The notes below the pieces were generated by a model that worked only from the letters and a program-made list of their open reading frames with translations, searched no databases and had not been told where the DNA came from. Shown piece after piece: positions 60,601 through 64,000 of a stretch of DNA of 64,000 bases (within the stretch, counting starts at the first letter, position 1; each line of letters begins with the position of its first letter). The stretch lies in assembly GCA_030141605.1 (NCBI GenBank), contig JAQGDQ010000334.1:62001-126000 (forward strand), in the 5' to 3' direction. This stretch comes from Tubiluchus corallicola. Lineage: Eukaryota; Animalia; Priapulida. The position numbers were made by a program, and so were the translations under genes.

Positions 60601-61666
60601 AAATATAATAAAGTGTAATGGTACCTGTGTGTTAGGTTTAATGGCTTATACATATATTATAGCGTGCTCATTAAAGGAAGTTAATTACCTATATCCAACA
60701 TGTGTTGATTTCATTTGAAATATGAATTTATGGCCCTATTTTACTGGATCTTCTGGAGCGATCAAACTTTCTACAGTTTTTGCTGCACACCCTTCATGTA
60801 CATGCTCTTGGCTAGATTTTCACTCAGACTTTTCATCAGAAAGTTGTAACTCCATTGTTTTACAGACATCCGTTTCACTAGTTTCATCATCTTCATAACT
60901 ATAACTCTAGTCGCAAACACTTCATTAGCTACTGGGTGTCCGCCAGCTTTGTTTTACCTTACGCTTCCTATATTACGCTCCTAAAGACTTCAATTCTCAT
61001 AGATTTATCTGCCATAATTAAATAAATGCTATTGCTAGAAACTTTGTTAATAAATGAACTTCATTTAAGTTGATTTAATGAAGTTAGTAATCTCTGCAGG
61101 AAATGACGTAATTTTAGGAAGTCATGTAAATCAAAAGTCGATAGAGTTTTGCTAAGAGATGCCAGCTGCATGTTAGCGTCTATGAATCATTATTTCGAGA
61201 GGAAAATAAAGCAAGCGTTTCATTATGTTAAAGTGTTGTGCACTTGAGCAATTATACATTATCGATGTGTTACTACTTACGCTAAAGTTAAACTTAAAAA
61301 TTGAAGAATTAATTTCAGATTTGGCGCTCTATAAGCAACTGCATAGTTTGACTAGTGGTAGAACCGACATTGCAAAGATGAGTTCCATATTTACGCTAGA
61401 ACGATGTTATTTGATGGAACTCGGAATGGAACTTTTACTAGATTCTGCTGAAATAAATTTCATCCCGAGTTGCGGAGGAATATTAGGAAGAAAAAACTGA
61501 AATCCTCGTTGGTGATTTTGATTATGTAATAAAACATAACATGCAATATTTAGTAAAAAAAAACTGTGAAATAAAAATCATAAGTGCGAAATACAAAAAT
61601 CAAAATACCTTTCGGAGGTGCTGCAGTAGCAAGTCCAATAAATAAAATCAAAATCAGCAGCTTCAT
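57667..61666 (-). CDS. Astacin-family (M12A) zinc metalloprotease, 7 exons, 251 aa, secreted, no C-terminal accessory domain
   Basis: Exons 61666-61609, 60167-60085, 59587-59500, 59221-59089, 58616-58548, 58336-58227 and 57881-57667 (756 nt, phases consistent). Signal MKLLILILFIGLATA, propeptide YFQGDI, RWPDPGAVPF, GCSSYVGRIGG.Q.L.L..GC, HEFLHALGFYH, Met-turn SVMHY, and GQREGFS..DIQKL..MYC*. Confidence 0.95.
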
Positions 61667-62220
61667 GTTGAAACTGAGAGCAGTGTGTATGACTACAGTT
61701 AAGTCTAATTAATGTGTCTTTCTAAATGACTGAAAAGTCTGCTTTTATATGAAGCAGGCTAATCTGGTACTCCCAAGAAAACAAGAGGGGTGTTTTGCAA
61801 TTATTTTGCACACCGAGCTGTCAAAATACGTGTTCACCTTTAGATAATTAAACAATTGAAATAGTTTTCCCAAGAAATTGAATGAGTAATAGTTCACAAA
61901 TTAATCGCAACGGACAAAATTCTTATTAATACGCAACGTTTAAAAACTTCGATCCCTATAAAGGAAATTTCGGAAAATTATCGCCACTAATTCTTTATTT
62001 GGCTTAAGTATTAGTTGGTTGATAACTTTTGTTTACTACTAGCCGATTTTAATGGGAATGTTCCATTAGATTCCCAGCTGATGCAGCGCTGGTATTGTTT
62101 ACATAATACTATACAGAATGATACTATAATAACAAACGCTTTTCAAATATGTTTTGCACGGTGATTCAGTAGTACTGCATTAATAAAAGCACGACAATCT
62201 TCCAAAACTTATTTGTAACA

Positions 62221-62279
62221 GACACACACACACACACGCACGCACGCATACACACACACGCACGCACACACGCACGCAG
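62221..62279. repeat. Compound (CA)n/(CACG)n microsatellite
   Basis: Visible directly in the sequence. Confidence 0.9.
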
Positions 62280-62419
62280 GCTCAAATCAACAATTTACAT
62301 TTTCATATCTTTTAAATGTTTCAGTTTTACACTATGCACAACAAATAACTAATAATACCTAGATTAGATTTAGCTTCAAACGATTCACAACTACTATACA
62401 CAAGAATTAACTTTAAACA

Positions 62420-64000
62420 CTTACTTAATTTATTTTTGCATACTCGAGCTGGTCTAAATTAACAATTGTTTAGTATAAAACTATTTCTGATCAAGTTAAT
62501 AGTAGACATTACTAAATTTTTATCAAATTGAAGCATAATATTTATTTGGCATCAGCTATTTCTATGAAACGTATTCTTTTTGTATTATCTACTTTGCTGC
62601 ATCTGAATAAAATGTGCTGAGGAGTTTGCTCTTCTCCACATGCACATAAACTAGCATCACACATATTAAGTCTACCCAGAAAGCTACTAAAATTCCCCTG
62701 GCCAGTTAAAAAACACGGCAATGGATTCTATTTCCCTTTCATTATTTCCAAGCGGCAGGATCAATGGTTTACATTTTTTATTCTGCATTTCGACATTTTC
62801 TCCTCGAAGTTGTATAACACACCTATATTTATTTGTCCAGGTGCAAGAAACATAACCCACAATTTGACGTTTAGTATATTTTAGCATATTTTCTGGAACT
62901 TCTTTAAGATCTGCAGTACGGACGTTTTCATTCCACACAAATTTTAAAAAGTGTCTCACAGTCTGCGCATGTGTATACATAATATTTTTATAAATATGCC
63001 TTCCCGTCAGACGTGCACAACCGTACTTCAGAATATTTTGTTTAACTAAAATCATCGGCATTCTGACAATGTCATGAGACAAGATTTAACAACGATTACA
63101 ATTAATTCAACGTCTAACGGTGGAAGTCCACAAAGTAATTCCAATTTAGTTTGATCTGGTTTAGCTATCTACCATGATAGCAAGTCGCAAACTTCTATAT
63201 TTACTGCAATTGTTTTTACTTTCAACCATCTATACCAATACTTTTTATGAACATTACCCGCGCGTTCAGCAAATGTTAATTTCTGATCAACAGTAAGGCC
63301 TATGTCTTCAACAAACAATAGGTTGTTACTAATTGTTACTAATTTTTAAATTGTCCGGCTTATTATTTTCATCCTATGCCTCTACTAGCAATGCTTCTGT
63401 TTTACCAGGTAACGTATTTATGTCACTATTTGTAAAGCACATCGCAACAGCTTAGTGCAATTGTAACACAGGTATGCAGGACTGTATTTGACACATGCAA
63501 AGATCCATCATCAGCATACTTGTACTTTTTAACTGAGTCATGCATGTTGTAAAACATATCGGCAATGAAAAATATAAACAGTATTGGGGCTATAACTGAC
63601 CCCTGTGAAAGTCCTAAATTACATCGATATTAATCGGAAATACAATCATTTACCTTTATCCAGATATTACGATTTTGTAATATACATGCCATAAGGCGTA
63701 ACATAGGCCTTCGTACATTTGCACAAATAAGTTTAAATAAGAAACCTTCAACTCAAACACTGTCGAAAGCTTTTTCGTAATCACAGCAAATTGTTATACC
63801 GTATGCATTATTCAAAATGTCTTCTTCCATATCAGTAACTAATCTGGTTAAATAACGTACTGTATTTTTGCCTTTTATGAAGCCTTCTTGCTCTGCTCTG
63901 TATCGATGCAGTTTAACTGAAAGAAATGATTTTTAAGTCTATTTGATATTAAACGCTCAACAAGTTTACCTATATACGAAGAAATGGTTATTGGACGATA
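62420..64000 (-). mobile_element. Degenerate non-LTR retrotransposon (LINE) ORF2 3' part: RT plus C-terminal CCHC knuckle
   Basis: The minus strand gives QEGFIKGKNT, CCDYEKAFDSV*, GLSQGSVIAPILF and KYADD (63507-63518), plus CACGEEQTPQHILFRC near 62600-62650. In-frame stops are present and the element continues past the window end. Confidence 0.85.

Noticed and set aside
60420-60970. Acidic and HEGC-containing minus-strand stretch in astacin intron 1 as an extra exon or transposase remnant
   Set aside because: It contains stops and the astacin splices in phase without it; it is too degenerate to classify.

Overview
This window is a prokaryote/eukaryote chimera. Bases 1 to ~15,465 are gene-dense, intron-free Bacteroidota DNA with intact genes: coaBC (3' part), DUF4835/porD, recN, fabI, cysH, C4 zinc-ribbon protein, Nif3/DUF34, MerR, M23 peptidase, alaS and fused ccsBA, followed by a 5'-truncated AsmA-like gene. 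At ~15,465, with no N-gap, the AsmA frame breaks and the rest is AT-rich animal (probably arthropod-like) genomic DNA. By hand I assembled two spliced minus-strand genes with GT-AG introns whose phases all agree. One is a 35-coding-exon, ~2,110-aa secreted protein (16,164-52,809) with EAR/EPTP-like propeller regions flanking a long repeat stalk, resembling the Closca/Nasrat/Polehole eggshell family. The other is a 7-exon, 251-aa astacin (57,667-61,666). The introns carry a hAT/Charlie-like MITE with an internal long hairpin, tRNA-derived SINE-like copies, LINE fragments and mini/microsatellites. A 170-bp tandem repeat creates three potential in-frame 27-nt micro-exons. The junction is most simply an assembly or concatenation artefact, but a recent symbiont-to-host insertion cannot be excluded from sequence alone. 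I found no CRISPR, defence or other novel prokaryotic system. No database searches were run; family calls come from motif recognition.
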